Origin: Escherichia phage vB_EcoM-BECP11 | DNA length: 64,000 bases | Reading direction: 5' to 3' (one strand) | Sequence record: MW286157.1 | Shown: positions 45,757 to 55,075 of the stretch, one piece after another | Position numbering within the stretch: the first letter of the stretch is position 1 | Layout of the letters: the number at the start of each line of letters is the position of its first letter | The notes under the pieces: model-generated | What the model was told of the DNA's origin: nothing | Database searches by the model: none | Seen by the model: the letters and a program-made list of their open reading frames with translations, nothing else | Translations under genes and position numbers: made by a program

Positions 45757-46308
45757 ATGAAACGATTAGTATTAGAAGATAGTCCACTTTTTGGTGAATT
45801 GGCTGTAGAAAAAGTAAATAACATGTATCGTTTGACGCAAGAAGATGACATGTTATATTTTACGCCTAGCGAAATTGTTCGTTTAACCCAAATTGAATAT
45901 GCTTACACTGATAAAATTGTAAGCATTAATGATGAGCATAAAATTCATTTTTATTCTTCATGCCCAGGATTTAATATTAAAAGCGAGTCAATGTGCTTAT
46001 CAATTAATAATTGGGATAATTTTATAACTTACATTAAATATTTTTATTATTCTAATGAAAGAAAACATAGTTTAAAATGGCTTAAAAATTGCAATGCTAT
46101 TATTACTAACGCTTGCGATCAGTGCGATCAGTGCGATCAGAATGATGAAACTGTTTTAAATGTATCAAAATGTTATGAAGAAGGAGATGTCTTAACTATT
46201 CGTCAAATTGACGATTTTCGATCACATATTGTCACATTTACCAAAGACGAAGCTATTGCACTAAAGACTTATCTTGATTCTGTCATTCCAACTATGATTT
46301 CAAAGTGA
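45757..46308 (+). CDS. hypothetical protein with internal (CDQ)x3 repeat
   Basis: 183 aa; C-terminus ...ALKTYLDSVIPTM resembles that of the next gene. Confidence 0.6.
   Translation: MKRLVLEDSPLFGELAVEKVNNMYRLTQEDDMLYFTPSEIVRLTQIEYAYTDKIVSINDEHKIHFYSSCPGFNIKSESMCLSINNWDNFITYIKYFYYSNERKHSLKWLKNCNAIITNACDQCDQCDQNDETVLNVSKCYEEGDVLTIRQIDDFRSHIVTFTKDEAIALKTYLDSVIPTMISK
46114..46140 (+). repeat. perfect tandem repeat 3 x TGCGATCAG, in frame
   Basis: Three identical 9 nt units encoding CDQCDQCDQ inside the 45757-46308 ORF. Confidence 0.9.
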
Positions 46309-46314
46309 GGAAAT

Positions 46315-46836
46315 ATGTTTATTTCAAGTGGAAGCGGTTTAATTCGTGTTGAATTTAAAAATGACATCTTCCTTAGTCAAGGAGATGATATTATTAAAAT
46401 GAGTTATGACGAAATCAAGAAAATTTGTCATACTCTTGAAAGCCGTGGAAAAGTAAATGCTGTTATTGATATTGGCGATTTATGGGTAACGCTTTATGAA
46501 GTATCCGAAGGATTTAACATTGAAGATGAAAATAACATCTTAGCTATTGATAAAAGAACTGATTTGCTTGATGTATTAAAAGCCTATGAGCAGTCAAATG
46601 GCGGAAGAAAAGCTGTATTGATTTATCAAAAACCGCATTCATGTGGAACTGCTTCAATCATTTCAAATATTGAAGGCGAAGTTGATACTTATATGTGTGT
46701 TTTAAAAGCTGGTGGTGACCGTCATCCGGATTTTATTTCTATTCGTCAAAACAATGAAGAAATTTCATTATCAAAATCAGAAGCTGAAGCTATGATTAAG
46801 TATTTAACAACCGTTACGCCTCCAATGAAAGGATAA
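46315..46836 (+). CDS. hypothetical protein, paralogue of previous gene
   Basis: 173 aa; C-terminus ...AMIKYLTTVTPPM. Confidence 0.6.
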   Translation: MFISSGSGLIRVEFKNDIFLSQGDDIIKMSYDEIKKICHTLESRGKVNAVIDIGDLWVTLYEVSEGFNIEDENNILAIDKRTDLLDVLKAYEQSNGGRKAVLIYQKPHSCGTASIISNIEGEVDTYMCVLKAGGDRHPDFISIRQNNEEISLSKSEAEAMIKYLTTVTPPMKG

Positions 46837-46838
46837 TT

Positions 46839-47300
46839 ATGATTATTAATGAAAACTCTTGGCATTATAAATTATTCAAATTGTTTAACGACGAATGGCA
46901 ACGACCTAAGACGCTATGTGCATACTTTTGGTCTATTGTTATCCCTACATTTTTCGTTTCTATTTTTGGGTGTGCTATACTCGTAGGGCTGACAATTATT
47001 TGTGCAGAAAGTTTACAGCGCTGGCTTATTTTCGGTAGTTTATGGACTCTTCTTCCATCGGCATTTATACTTGCGCTTTTGGTTGTTTTACTTATTATCG
47101 GTTCATTTGTTATTCCTGCACATTTGCGTGAAAAATATAAAGATTATAAATGGAAAAAGGATTATGCTTTACACGTAGAAAATATTGATAGGGTGTATAA
47201 AGGTTTACCTCCTATTCAACCCAAGAAATCGATTATCGTTGAATTTTTAAAAGCTCGTAAAGCTAAAGTATGTCCTGTTATTGAATATAAGGCTGAATGA
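46839..47300 (+). CDS. membrane protein
   Basis: 153 aa with about three hydrophobic helices. Confidence 0.6.
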   Translation: MIINENSWHYKLFKLFNDEWQRPKTLCAYFWSIVIPTFFVSIFGCAILVGLTIICAESLQRWLIFGSLWTLLPSAFILALLVVLLIIGSFVIPAHLREKYKDYKWKKDYALHVENIDRVYKGLPPIQPKKSIIVEFLKARKAKVCPVIEYKAE

Positions 47301-48310
47301 TGAAAACAGTAATGAAAAGCTATTTTGGTAGTCATCTTTATGGAACTTCTACTCCAGAATCTGATGTAGATTTTAAAGAAATCTTTGTTCCTCCTGCTCG
47401 CGATATTCTTATCGGAAATGTTAAAGAGCATATGAGTAAAAATACCAACAACACATCATCTAAAAACACTAAAGATGATATTGACCACGAATTGTATAGT
47501 CTTAAGTATTTCTTTAAATTAGCAGCAGATGGTGAAACTGTAGCATTGGATATGCTTCACACTCCACCTGAACTAGTGGTTAAATCTGATTTGCCTGATG
47601 TGTGGAAGTTTATTCAAGACAACCGTTCTCGTTTTTATACGACGAACATGAAATCCTATTTAGGATATGTTCGCAAGCAAGCTTCTAAATACGGTGTCAA
47701 GGGTTCTCGTTTGGCTGCATTACGCGATGTATTGAAAGTAGTTAATCAAATCCCTGACCAGTGGGTCGACTATCAAGAAGGAATCCCCGATAGACTTCGT
47801 CGTACTAAGGTAGAAGATATCAAACACAGACTCCCTGAAAACGAGTTCTGTGAATGGGTGTTCCATAATCACGAGAAAACAGGCCCGCAAACGTTCTACA
47901 CTGTGTTGGGTCGTAAATATCAGACAACACTTTCTCTTATTGAGCTTAAGCAGTCACTGAACAAATTAGATGCTGAATATGGTGAACGTGCTCGTAAAGC
48001 CGAAGCTAATGAAGGTATTGATTGGAAAGCTCTGAGTCATGCTTGTCGTGGTGGACTTCAACTATTGGAAATTTACAAAACTGGTGACTTGATTTATCCA
48101 CTCCAAGATGCTCCATTTATTCTCGACGTGAAGTTGGGTAAGCATCCATTTAAAACAGTTCAAGAGTTTTTGGAAGATGTGGTCGATCAAGTAGAAGCAG
48201 CATCTACTGAAGCTTCTAAGAACGGTATGCAGCAAAAAGTAGACATGGGTTTCTGGGATGACTTCCTTGAGAAGGTCTATCTTGAAAACCACCGAAGTTA
48301 TTATAAATGA
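47297..48310 (+). CDS. Pol-beta-superfamily nucleotidyltransferase-like protein
   Basis: 337 aa; N-terminal YFGSHLYGTSTPESDVDF fits the G-S-x9-13-D-x-D nucleotidyltransferase motif; ATGA-coupled to membrane protein gene. Confidence 0.6.
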   Translation: MMKTVMKSYFGSHLYGTSTPESDVDFKEIFVPPARDILIGNVKEHMSKNTNNTSSKNTKDDIDHELYSLKYFFKLAADGETVALDMLHTPPELVVKSDLPDVWKFIQDNRSRFYTTNMKSYLGYVRKQASKYGVKGSRLAALRDVLKVVNQIPDQWVDYQEGIPDRLRRTKVEDIKHRLPENEFCEWVFHNHEKTGPQTFYTVLGRKYQTTLSLIELKQSLNKLDAEYGERARKAEANEGIDWKALSHACRGGLQLLEIYKTGDLIYPLQDAPFILDVKLGKHPFKTVQEFLEDVVDQVEAASTEASKNGMQQKVDMGFWDDFLEKVYLENHRSYYK

Positions 48311-48312
48311 TA

Positions 48313-48340
48313 GGGAGCCTTCGGGCTCCCTTTTTTATTT
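48313..48340 (+). terminator. intrinsic terminator
   Basis: GGGAGCC-TTCG-GGCTCCC hairpin followed by TTTTTTATTT. Confidence 0.8.
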
Positions 48341-48362
48341 CAAAAATTTTTTTCGCAAAACT

Positions 48363-48392
48363 GTTTACAAGCATAAAGCTTTATGGTACTAT
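48363..48392 (+). promoter_or_regulatory. T4-type early promoter
   Basis: CGCAAAACTGTTTACA ... TATGGTACTATACAACTATC. Confidence 0.65.
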
Positions 48393-48430
48393 ACAACTAT
48401 CAAAACAAATGAGTAAATTGGAGATACAAA

Positions 48431-48631
48431 ATGACTACTTTGAATAAACGTTTCGGTAAAGCTAAATCTGGTTGTGCAGCTGAACGTCGTTATGTTTTCG
48501 CTCAGTTAGAAGATGTAGAGTATCAGATTAATCAAGTTCACATTACTGGTATCGAGCCTATGTGTGGCCTTGAAGCTCTTCGTGAAGTTCGTGACGGGTA
48601 TCGTCGTGACATCGAAGAAATGTCAAAATAA
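48431..48631 (+). CDS. small hypothetical protein
   Basis: 66 aa, SD TGGAGA, Arg encoded exclusively by CGT. Confidence 0.6.
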   Translation: MTTLNKRFGKAKSGCAAERRYVFAQLEDVEYQINQVHITGIEPMCGLEALREVRDGYRRDIEEMSK

Positions 48632-48661
48632 GTATACAAACTGATAGGACTATGTTATAGT
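48632..48661 (+). promoter_or_regulatory. candidate early promoter within inverted repeat
   Basis: GTATACA (one mismatch to GTTTAC) ... TGTTATAGT, -10 embedded in GATAGGACTA...TAGTCCTATC. Confidence 0.4.
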
Positions 48662-48688
48662 AGTCCTATCAAATCAAAGGAGAATAAA

Positions 48689-49657
48689 ATGAAAACTGTA
48701 ACTATCAATAAGGGTATCTACTTTGGCAAAGAAATCTCTGGAACTTTTGAGCTCTTAGGCGAATGGTTCCCTGATAATGCTCCGGTAGATGCGCAAGGAG
48801 ATGGTAAAGTTTTTGTTGAAATTGACGGTAAACGTCGCGGTGTTTGGGTTTACAAATCAGACATTTCATATGATGGTGTAAAAGTTGAAGAAGTTAAAGA
48901 ATCATATGAAGATATGAAAACCCGCATTAATAAAAGATTTAATGTTATGGGAATGATGACGAATGGTATTATTAACGGAAACATTCGTTCATTAATTATC
49001 TCTGGTGCGGCGGGTATTGGTAAAACGTATTCTTTAGATAAAGCTTTAAATAAAGCAAATGATATTGGATACATTGAATATAAAAGCATTAACGGTAAAA
49101 TCTCCGGTATCGGTCTTTATGAACAGCTTTGGAATAATCGTGAAGAGAATTCTGTCCTTTTGATTGATGATGTGGATGTTTTCTCTGATATGGACATTCT
49201 TAATCTTCTGAAAGCTGCTCTAGACACTGGAGAGACCCGTAAAGTCTGCTGGAGCACCGCATCTTCTTACTTAGAAGAAAAAGGCATTGAGCGTGAGTTT
49301 GAATTTAAAGGAACGATTGTTTTTATCACAAACGTTGACATTGACCGCGAATTAGACCGTGGTACTAAACTTGCTCCACATTTACAAGCATTAGTGTCCC
49401 GCTCAGTTTATTTGGATTTGGGTGTTCACACTAATGAAGAAATTATGGTCAGGGTTGAAGATGTTATTCTTTCAACTGACATGATGCAAAAGCGCGGTCT
49501 TTCTGATGAAGAAACTTATAAAGCATTATCATGGATGAAAGTCAATGTTAATCGTTTACGCAATGTTTCACTGCGTACTGCTCTTTATCTTGCTGACTTT
49601 ATTATGACCGACAAAAACGGTTGGGAAGAAATCGCTGAGGTTACTCTTCTGAAATAA
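48689..49657 (+). CDS. AAA+ type P-loop ATPase
   Basis: 322 aa; Walker A GAAGIGKT, Walker B VLLIDDVD, sensor-1-like TIVFITN. Confidence 0.7.
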   Translation: MKTVTINKGIYFGKEISGTFELLGEWFPDNAPVDAQGDGKVFVEIDGKRRGVWVYKSDISYDGVKVEEVKESYEDMKTRINKRFNVMGMMTNGIINGNIRSLIISGAAGIGKTYSLDKALNKANDIGYIEYKSINGKISGIGLYEQLWNNREENSVLLIDDVDVFSDMDILNLLKAALDTGETRKVCWSTASSYLEEKGIEREFEFKGTIVFITNVDIDRELDRGTKLAPHLQALVSRSVYLDLGVHTNEEIMVRVEDVILSTDMMQKRGLSDEETYKALSWMKVNVNRLRNVSLRTALYLADFIMTDKNGWEEIAEVTLLK

Positions 49658-49755
49658 TTCATAAGAGGCCTTCTAAGATAAAAAGGCAGTTCAGAAATAG
49701 ATTATATGGACTGCCATCAAAAAGATGACTAGAATTAAACTGGTAAATGGAGGTA

Positions 49756-50061
49756 ATGATGTTATACTCAAAGGCTCGTGAAATTTACGAAACTAAAATT
49801 AAAGAAGCAGTATTTCAGTTCGCAACAACGATGCGATGGACAAATGATTGGGAGTATTCAAAAAATCATAAGAAGCCCTTGGTGACAAGAAAGGCTCATA
49901 TGTTAGTGTTAATAGACCGTGAGCAGATTAAAGCCCGAGAAGCCCTCCAGAATCATAAAAAGGCTGCCTTTGAATGGTTTATGGATAACACTGCTCCTGA
50001 GACTAAGAAAGCAGTGAGCGCTTGGTTCAGTGGAAAAAATTGTGAAAGAAGTTTCTTTTAG
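49756..50061 (+). CDS. hypothetical protein
   Basis: 101 aa; start chosen after SD GGAGG (alternative in-frame ATGs at 49747 and 49759). Confidence 0.5.
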   Translation: MMLYSKAREIYETKIKEAVFQFATTMRWTNDWEYSKNHKKPLVTRKAHMLVLIDREQIKAREALQNHKKAAFEWFMDNTAPETKKAVSAWFSGKNCERSFF

Positions 50062-50063
50062 TT

Positions 50064-50093
50064 GTTTACAAGACTGTTCCTCTGTGGTACTAT
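50064..50093 (+). promoter_or_regulatory. T4-type early promoter
   Basis: GTTGTTTACA ... TGTGGTACTATACAACTATC. Confidence 0.65.
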
Positions 50094-50121
50094 ACAACTA
50101 TCAACTACGGAGGAACAGAAA

Positions 50122-50649
50122 ATGAACGCTAAAGATATTTTCAACCTGGTAAATTACAACGATGGTAAATTTAAATCTGAAGTTCAAAGCAAGTTCTTTA
50201 ATGATGTCTCAATCGGTGGTGAAATCACGGTTGATGGAGGACAAATTTACAAATCCCGTTGGAATTGGATCGTTATTATCGATGAGATTGGTATTGTAGA
50301 AATTTACAAGAATACGAATAAAAATCGTACATTACACTGGTCTCGTGATACTAACGAACAGTACAAAAAGGATAAAGCATCTAAATTATCTCGTGTAACT
50401 CAAGAAGATATTGAGTTCATCAAGAAAGATATTTTGATGTATGATAACTTAATTGCTGAAGAGCAAGCTGTTATTGATAAATTTGACGAGATTAAAGCTT
50501 CTCGTGAAATTCCTGATTTTATGAAAGAATCAGTAAATGAACGATACACTCTCATTTCAGAGCGTATTGAAACTTACAAAAAGCAAAGAGCTGAACGCCA
50601 GAATACTCTTCGGAAGTTTGAAGAACGGTTAAAGACGGTACTCGCATAA
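50122..50649 (+). CDS. hypothetical protein with C-terminal coiled coil
   Basis: 175 aa from ATG after SD GGAGGAA; track ORF starts inside the promoter. Confidence 0.6.
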   Translation: MNAKDIFNLVNYNDGKFKSEVQSKFFNDVSIGGEITVDGGQIYKSRWNWIVIIDEIGIVEIYKNTNKNRTLHWSRDTNEQYKKDKASKLSRVTQEDIEFIKKDILMYDNLIAEEQAVIDKFDEIKASREIPDFMKESVNERYTLISERIETYKKQRAERQNTLRKFEERLKTVLA

Positions 50650-50650
50650 C

Positions 50651-50675
50651 CGCTTTATACCAAGGATGGTATAAT
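50651..50675 (+). promoter_or_regulatory. candidate middle promoter
   Basis: CGCTTTA (MotA-box-like), 12 bp, TGGTATAAT. Confidence 0.3.
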
Positions 50676-50704
50676 GGTTCTAAGCCCTTTTAATTGAGAT
50701 TATT

Positions 50705-51112
50705 ATGAAACAGTTGATAATTAAAAGATTGAATTTATTGATATGTTGTTTATGTATAGTAATTGCATATGGTTATTACGCAATTAATGATTATATGCAT
50801 TATAAAGATTATGATGTTACTGTAGTTAATACCCTTACAGGAACTCAAGGAAAGGGGTCTAGTTTATCGTTTATTGCTGTATATGAACTCAATGACGGTT
50901 ATAGATTTAGCGAATATATTTCACCAGAGATGTATTCATCAATAGAAAAAGGCGATAATATTACTGTAAGTTTACGTCCTTTCGACGTAAAACAGACATG
51001 GTTTGATAATATTGTTTGGTTCTTTGGAATGGTATTAGTTCAATCTGTATGCGGTGCTTATATAGTCTTTTCCATCATATTCTGCGTATTTAGTAAAATT
51101 GAAATTGAGTGA
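50705..51112 (+). CDS. membrane protein
   Basis: 135 aa with N- and C-terminal hydrophobic helices. Confidence 0.55.
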   Translation: MKQLIIKRLNLLICCLCIVIAYGYYAINDYMHYKDYDVTVVNTLTGTQGKGSSLSFIAVYELNDGYRFSEYISPEMYSSIEKGDNITVSLRPFDVKQTWFDNIVWFFGMVLVQSVCGAYIVFSIIFCVFSKIEIE

Positions 51113-51119
51113 GGAAAAT

Positions 51120-52007
51120 ATGTCAGTCGTAATTAATAATGTCAATGCAGTAATTAAATCTTTAGTTAATAAAAAATTGAATGAATGGACTGTACTTCGT
51201 CGTGGAGAGCCAGATAAATTTTTTCATAGATTTAACCCAACTTTGGATTTGAATGTTATTGACAGAGATGTTCATGCTGAAATTTTAGATAAATTTAAAG
51301 TTGATATTGGATTTGGATTAGAAAAACATTTACAGCGAACAAACGGATCTGGAATGAGTTTATCTAATCGCATTGTGAAAGCCCTTAATAAAATTGGAGC
51401 ATTGTCTCGTATTAATGCAAGTGAAATTCTTCGCAATTATAATAAAGGCTATGATCTTTACGGTCGACTAATGCCGAAATTATCATTTGACCAAATGATC
51501 GCGGATTTGTGGGAAAATCAACGACGATTATTAGCATTAGGCGCTCGATTAGCTAAAGGTCTAGATAAACAAATGATTTTTAAGACCAATAATACAGAAG
51601 ACCTTAAATGCTTTAAATTTAGTATTCGCGGCGATGATTATTATATCAGAGCTCGCTCTACAGATTATGTTAATATGGGGCATCATCTCTGTTTAGCTTT
51701 TGAAGTTTTAAAAGAAGCCGGAACATTAGAATATGTGTCTGGTGCTAAATGCCCGATTGGTTCAAGTTGTATTTTAATTTATCGCCCGGATGAATCCAGT
51801 TTAACTAAATTGCCTACAAAACCTGTACCAGTTCGCAGTAATGAAAAACATTCTGAGCAAATTGATTATTTTAATAAGCAAATTGAAGAGCTGAATATTT
51901 CTATTCAACAGTATGACGATGAAATTTTCAGACTATCTGGATTGAGTAGTAAAGCTAAATCTGAGCGTGAAAAATTAATTAAAATTGTTGATTTACTTAA
52001 ATCTTAA
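51120..52007 (+). CDS. hypothetical protein with C-terminal coiled-coil tail (1 of 4)
   Basis: 295 aa from ATG after SD GAGGAAAA; ends ...FNKQIEELNISIQQYDDEIFRLSGLSSKAKSEREKLIKIVDLLKS. Confidence 0.6.
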   Translation: MSVVINNVNAVIKSLVNKKLNEWTVLRRGEPDKFFHRFNPTLDLNVIDRDVHAEILDKFKVDIGFGLEKHLQRTNGSGMSLSNRIVKALNKIGALSRINASEILRNYNKGYDLYGRLMPKLSFDQMIADLWENQRRLLALGARLAKGLDKQMIFKTNNTEDLKCFKFSIRGDDYYIRARSTDYVNMGHHLCLAFEVLKEAGTLEYVSGAKCPIGSSCILIYRPDESSLTKLPTKPVPVRSNEKHSEQIDYFNKQIEELNISIQQYDDEIFRLSGLSSKAKSEREKLIKIVDLLKS

Positions 52008-52015
52008 GGAACACT

Positions 52016-53035
52016 ATGAAAACTCGTTCTCAAATTGAAGATATGGTTCGTAATGCCAGCTATACCCGTAATGTTATGACATTTTTGTGCCAAAATAATT
52101 TAGACCCTGATAGAGTTAATAGTTCCATTCACTTTAAATATATGAATAGCAGTGAATGGTTACGTCATTTTGATAAAGCTGGATATATTACACAAATGAC
52201 TGCTCGTGAACAGCTCACCGATTTCTGTAAAACTATTGATTATAAAAATCCTCTATTTGTTCAAGGTGTTGGTCAGAGTAAGGTTGATTTATCATCTGGA
52301 TTTTTCAATCCCAATCATTATCGTATTGAATGGAGATTTATTGCTCTATTCCGTAAACAGTTAAAGCAAATTTTGTCGACAGCTAGTCGATTAAAAGGTT
52401 CTGACATTAACTTAAAGAACCTGAAATTTGATGGTTATACTCTTCAGATGGAAGTAAGACCATTAAAAGAAAATAATAGAACTGCACGAATTAGCTTTAA
52501 ACCTAATACAAAAAATTCTCTTTCAATTTGTGAATGCCTTAAATCACAGTTGACAGAAGCATTTAAGTATATGGATGTTGTTGCCGCTGTTCAGTCTAAG
52601 ATTTTACCTCGTTTTGAACGATTTAAGTTAGATACAACATCATATGAACTTGATATGATCGTTTCATTTAAATACGATTTTTTGAGAAAGGACGAAGTCC
52701 CGCAAGAGAAAAAGCAGGAAGTACAAGATAACTTAAATTTATCCAATTACTTATCAAACGATCCTAAATTTTGGATGTATAGTTCAGGTAATAATGATGC
52801 ATGGAAATTCAATAAAGTGAATTTTCTTCCTGTTGAAAATCCGAGTCTTAAACCTGTTGAAAAATGGCACGCGGATGCGATTGAGAAGTCTATCAAGGCA
52901 GTAGATGATGAACTCGTTAAAGCGACCAATGAAGTGCTAGAAGCTGAAAAGGCGTTAGAACAAGCTCAGTCAAGGGTTCAAAATCTGACAAAGCAACGTT
53001 CTAAACTGAACAATGCATTAAATGCACTGAACTAG
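52016..53035 (+). CDS. hypothetical protein with C-terminal coiled-coil tail (2 of 4)
   Basis: 339 aa; ends ...VKATNEVLEAEKALEQAQSRVQNLTKQRSKLNNALNALN. Confidence 0.6.
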   Translation: MKTRSQIEDMVRNASYTRNVMTFLCQNNLDPDRVNSSIHFKYMNSSEWLRHFDKAGYITQMTAREQLTDFCKTIDYKNPLFVQGVGQSKVDLSSGFFNPNHYRIEWRFIALFRKQLKQILSTASRLKGSDINLKNLKFDGYTLQMEVRPLKENNRTARISFKPNTKNSLSICECLKSQLTEAFKYMDVVAAVQSKILPRFERFKLDTTSYELDMIVSFKYDFLRKDEVPQEKKQEVQDNLNLSNYLSNDPKFWMYSSGNNDAWKFNKVNFLPVENPSLKPVEKWHADAIEKSIKAVDDELVKATNEVLEAEKALEQAQSRVQNLTKQRSKLNNALNALN

Positions 53036-53064
53036 TTTACTTTGCCACAAGGATGTGGTATAAT
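53035..53064 (+). promoter_or_regulatory. T4-type early promoter
   Basis: GTTTACT ... TGTGGTATAAT, overlapping the stop of the upstream gene. Confidence 0.6.
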
Positions 53065-53092
53065 GTTCTTACTTTCTACTGAGGAGATTAAT

Positions 53093-54094
53093 ATGACTCG
53101 TAACGAATATATCAAATCATTCAATAGGGTTATTGATGATAAAGTTAAACCCATGTCTAGTCAGAATGCTGTTCTTTCTATTATCAATCAATGGCTCAGC
53201 AGTATTGATGCAAGTATTGTTTCTTCCAGTAAATTTATTCATGAAGTTCGTGAAATTTCTAGCCGTGTAGATAAAGATGATATTAAGATAATCTTTAAAG
53301 GGTCTCGTCTTCTTTCATATTTAGTTAATCGGGATATTCTTGGTAATTTTGGGAAAGAAATTAAACGAACTAAAGGTGTAATAGGATACAATTGGTTCGG
53401 TGATGTTAATTCTTATCATCTTAATATCAAAGAAGACCCTAAGAATATTTTTACTCGTCGTTGGATTAGTAATTTCAGACTTTTTAAAGGACAAATTCTA
53501 AAATCAGCTTCTAAATTATGTTATGGCGATTATCGTCAAATTCATCCTTTGGCTTCTGATATGATTATCGTAAAAGAATATGAGCTTGATAAAAATAAAG
53601 TAGCTATTTTTGTGAATTATGAATTTTTTACACCAGAAGCTAACCAAAAGAATATTAATAAATTTTTCTCAATTGCTAGCACTATAACTCATCAATTAGA
53701 GACGGCTTTGGATTGTATGGAAACTGTAAAAAGTATTCATACATATCCTTTCAAAAATATTGGTGGTTGGGAAGGATATAAAATTGTAATTAGTCTTCGT
53801 GAAGTGAAATGTGCTTATTCACTAACTGATAAAGAAATTTACCAACAAAAATGCGAAGAAATTGTGAATACTCCTAAAGAAGAAACTACCCTTGAGGAAC
53901 TAATGGATAATCTTGACGATTCACTTGAACCGGTAGAAATTCGTCCAGAAGTTGTTGCACTAGAAAAAGCTTATAAAGAAGTTCTAGAAATTTCTAATAA
54001 AGCGCAGAAAGAATATGAGAAGGCTAAAAAGATTTGGGAAGAATCTGTTAATCGCTTGGATCGTCTTGAACAAGCTTTACAGTTAATTAAGTAA
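53093..54094 (+). CDS. hypothetical protein with C-terminal coiled-coil tail (3 of 4)
   Basis: 333 aa from ATG after SD GAGGAGA; ends ...ALEKAYKEVLEISNKAQKEYEKAKKIWEESVNRLDRLEQALQLIK. Confidence 0.6.
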   Translation: MTRNEYIKSFNRVIDDKVKPMSSQNAVLSIINQWLSSIDASIVSSSKFIHEVREISSRVDKDDIKIIFKGSRLLSYLVNRDILGNFGKEIKRTKGVIGYNWFGDVNSYHLNIKEDPKNIFTRRWISNFRLFKGQILKSASKLCYGDYRQIHPLASDMIIVKEYELDKNKVAIFVNYEFFTPEANQKNINKFFSIASTITHQLETALDCMETVKSIHTYPFKNIGGWEGYKIVISLREVKCAYSLTDKEIYQQKCEEIVNTPKEETTLEELMDNLDDSLEPVEIRPEVVALEKAYKEVLEISNKAQKEYEKAKKIWEESVNRLDRLEQALQLIK

Positions 54095-54145
54095 TTTAAA
54101 GCCAAGGATGGCTCGGAGTATAAATCATTAACAAGTGAGAAGAAC

Positions 54146-55075
54146 ATGAAAACTCGTAAACATTATATTGATTATTTTGACAGTCTTATTACTAAACATC
54201 GTAATTATCAGATCGGACACAGAGCAGTAATCAATAATATTCTTCGTGATTTCCTTCAATATGTTGGCCAGGAAAATCATATCTGTAAAGATACTCAAAA
54301 CGCTTATTCTCATTCGTTAGGCAATTTGCTTGAATGGTTTAAACGTTCTCGTATGTTATCTTCTACTATAGCTCGTGATAACATTAAAAACTTTATGAAG
54401 CCGAGCTTCATTAAATCTGAGACATCTATAACCGATTTGGTTCAATTTACTATTGTTAACGATGTTAAAAAGACCCATTTGGCTGATTGGTTATCTACCA
54501 TTCCTGAAACTAAATTTGCTGATAAATTTGCTTGTCAATTCAATACCCAAGTGAATATGCTTTTTAAGCATGCTCGCAAACTGTTTACCGCGGGCGATGA
54601 TCGTACAAATACAGTTCATGTTAAGGACTGGGTTATTGCTGATGAAGTAACACACAAGCCAGGTGGTTCATCAGTATTAATTAATATCCAGGTTCCTTAT
54701 TATTACTCACGTAATCTCGGCACCATGACAGCTAAAGAAATTAATAAGCACAACAAAACTATTCGTTCGTTGTCTTATAAACTCCGCATGATGTTAAAAA
54801 TTATGGACGTAGTGGAAATGTATGACGAAACCGAAGATAATGGTTCAATGTTATACAGTTCACGCATTCTAATTAAACTGAAGAACCCTAATACATATAA
54901 GACAGTTGTAAAAGAGCCTAAAGTAGAAAAGGTTGATAATCTGGGTGAAGAACGTGAATATCTCAATGCCCGTTTGACTGAAGTTGAAAAACAAATTGAA
55001 GAGCATACTAAAGTTCTTAAGGCTTTAACCGCCAAAGCAAATTGTTTACGTAATGCTATTGAGGTATTGAAATGA
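54146..55075 (+). CDS. hypothetical protein with C-terminal coiled-coil tail (4 of 4)
   Basis: 309 aa; ends ...[42 protein letters not shown]. Confidence 0.6.
   Translation: MKTRKHYIDYFDSLITKHRNYQIGHRAVINNILRDFLQYVGQENHICKDTQNAYSHSLGNLLEWFKRSRMLSSTIARDNIKNFMKPSFIKSETSITDLVQFTIVNDVKKTHLADWLSTIPETKFADKFACQFNTQVNMLFKHARKLFTAGDDRTNTVHVKDWVIADEVTHKPGGSSVLINIQVPYYYSRNLGTMTAKEINKHNKTIRSLSYKLRMMLKIMDVVEMYDETEDNGSMLYSSRILIKLKNPNTYKTVVKEPKVEKVDNLGEEREYLNARLTEVEKQIEEHTKVLKALTAKANCLRNAIEVLK

Noticed and set aside
46114-46140. Short direct repeats considered as a CRISPR array
   Set aside because: Only three 9 bp units, with no spacers, inside a coding frame; this is a microsatellite, not a CRISPR array.
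54118-54125. TATAAATC upstream of 54146 as a late promoter
   Set aside because: The last base deviates from the strongly conserved TATAAATA and there is no supporting context; not reported as a feature.
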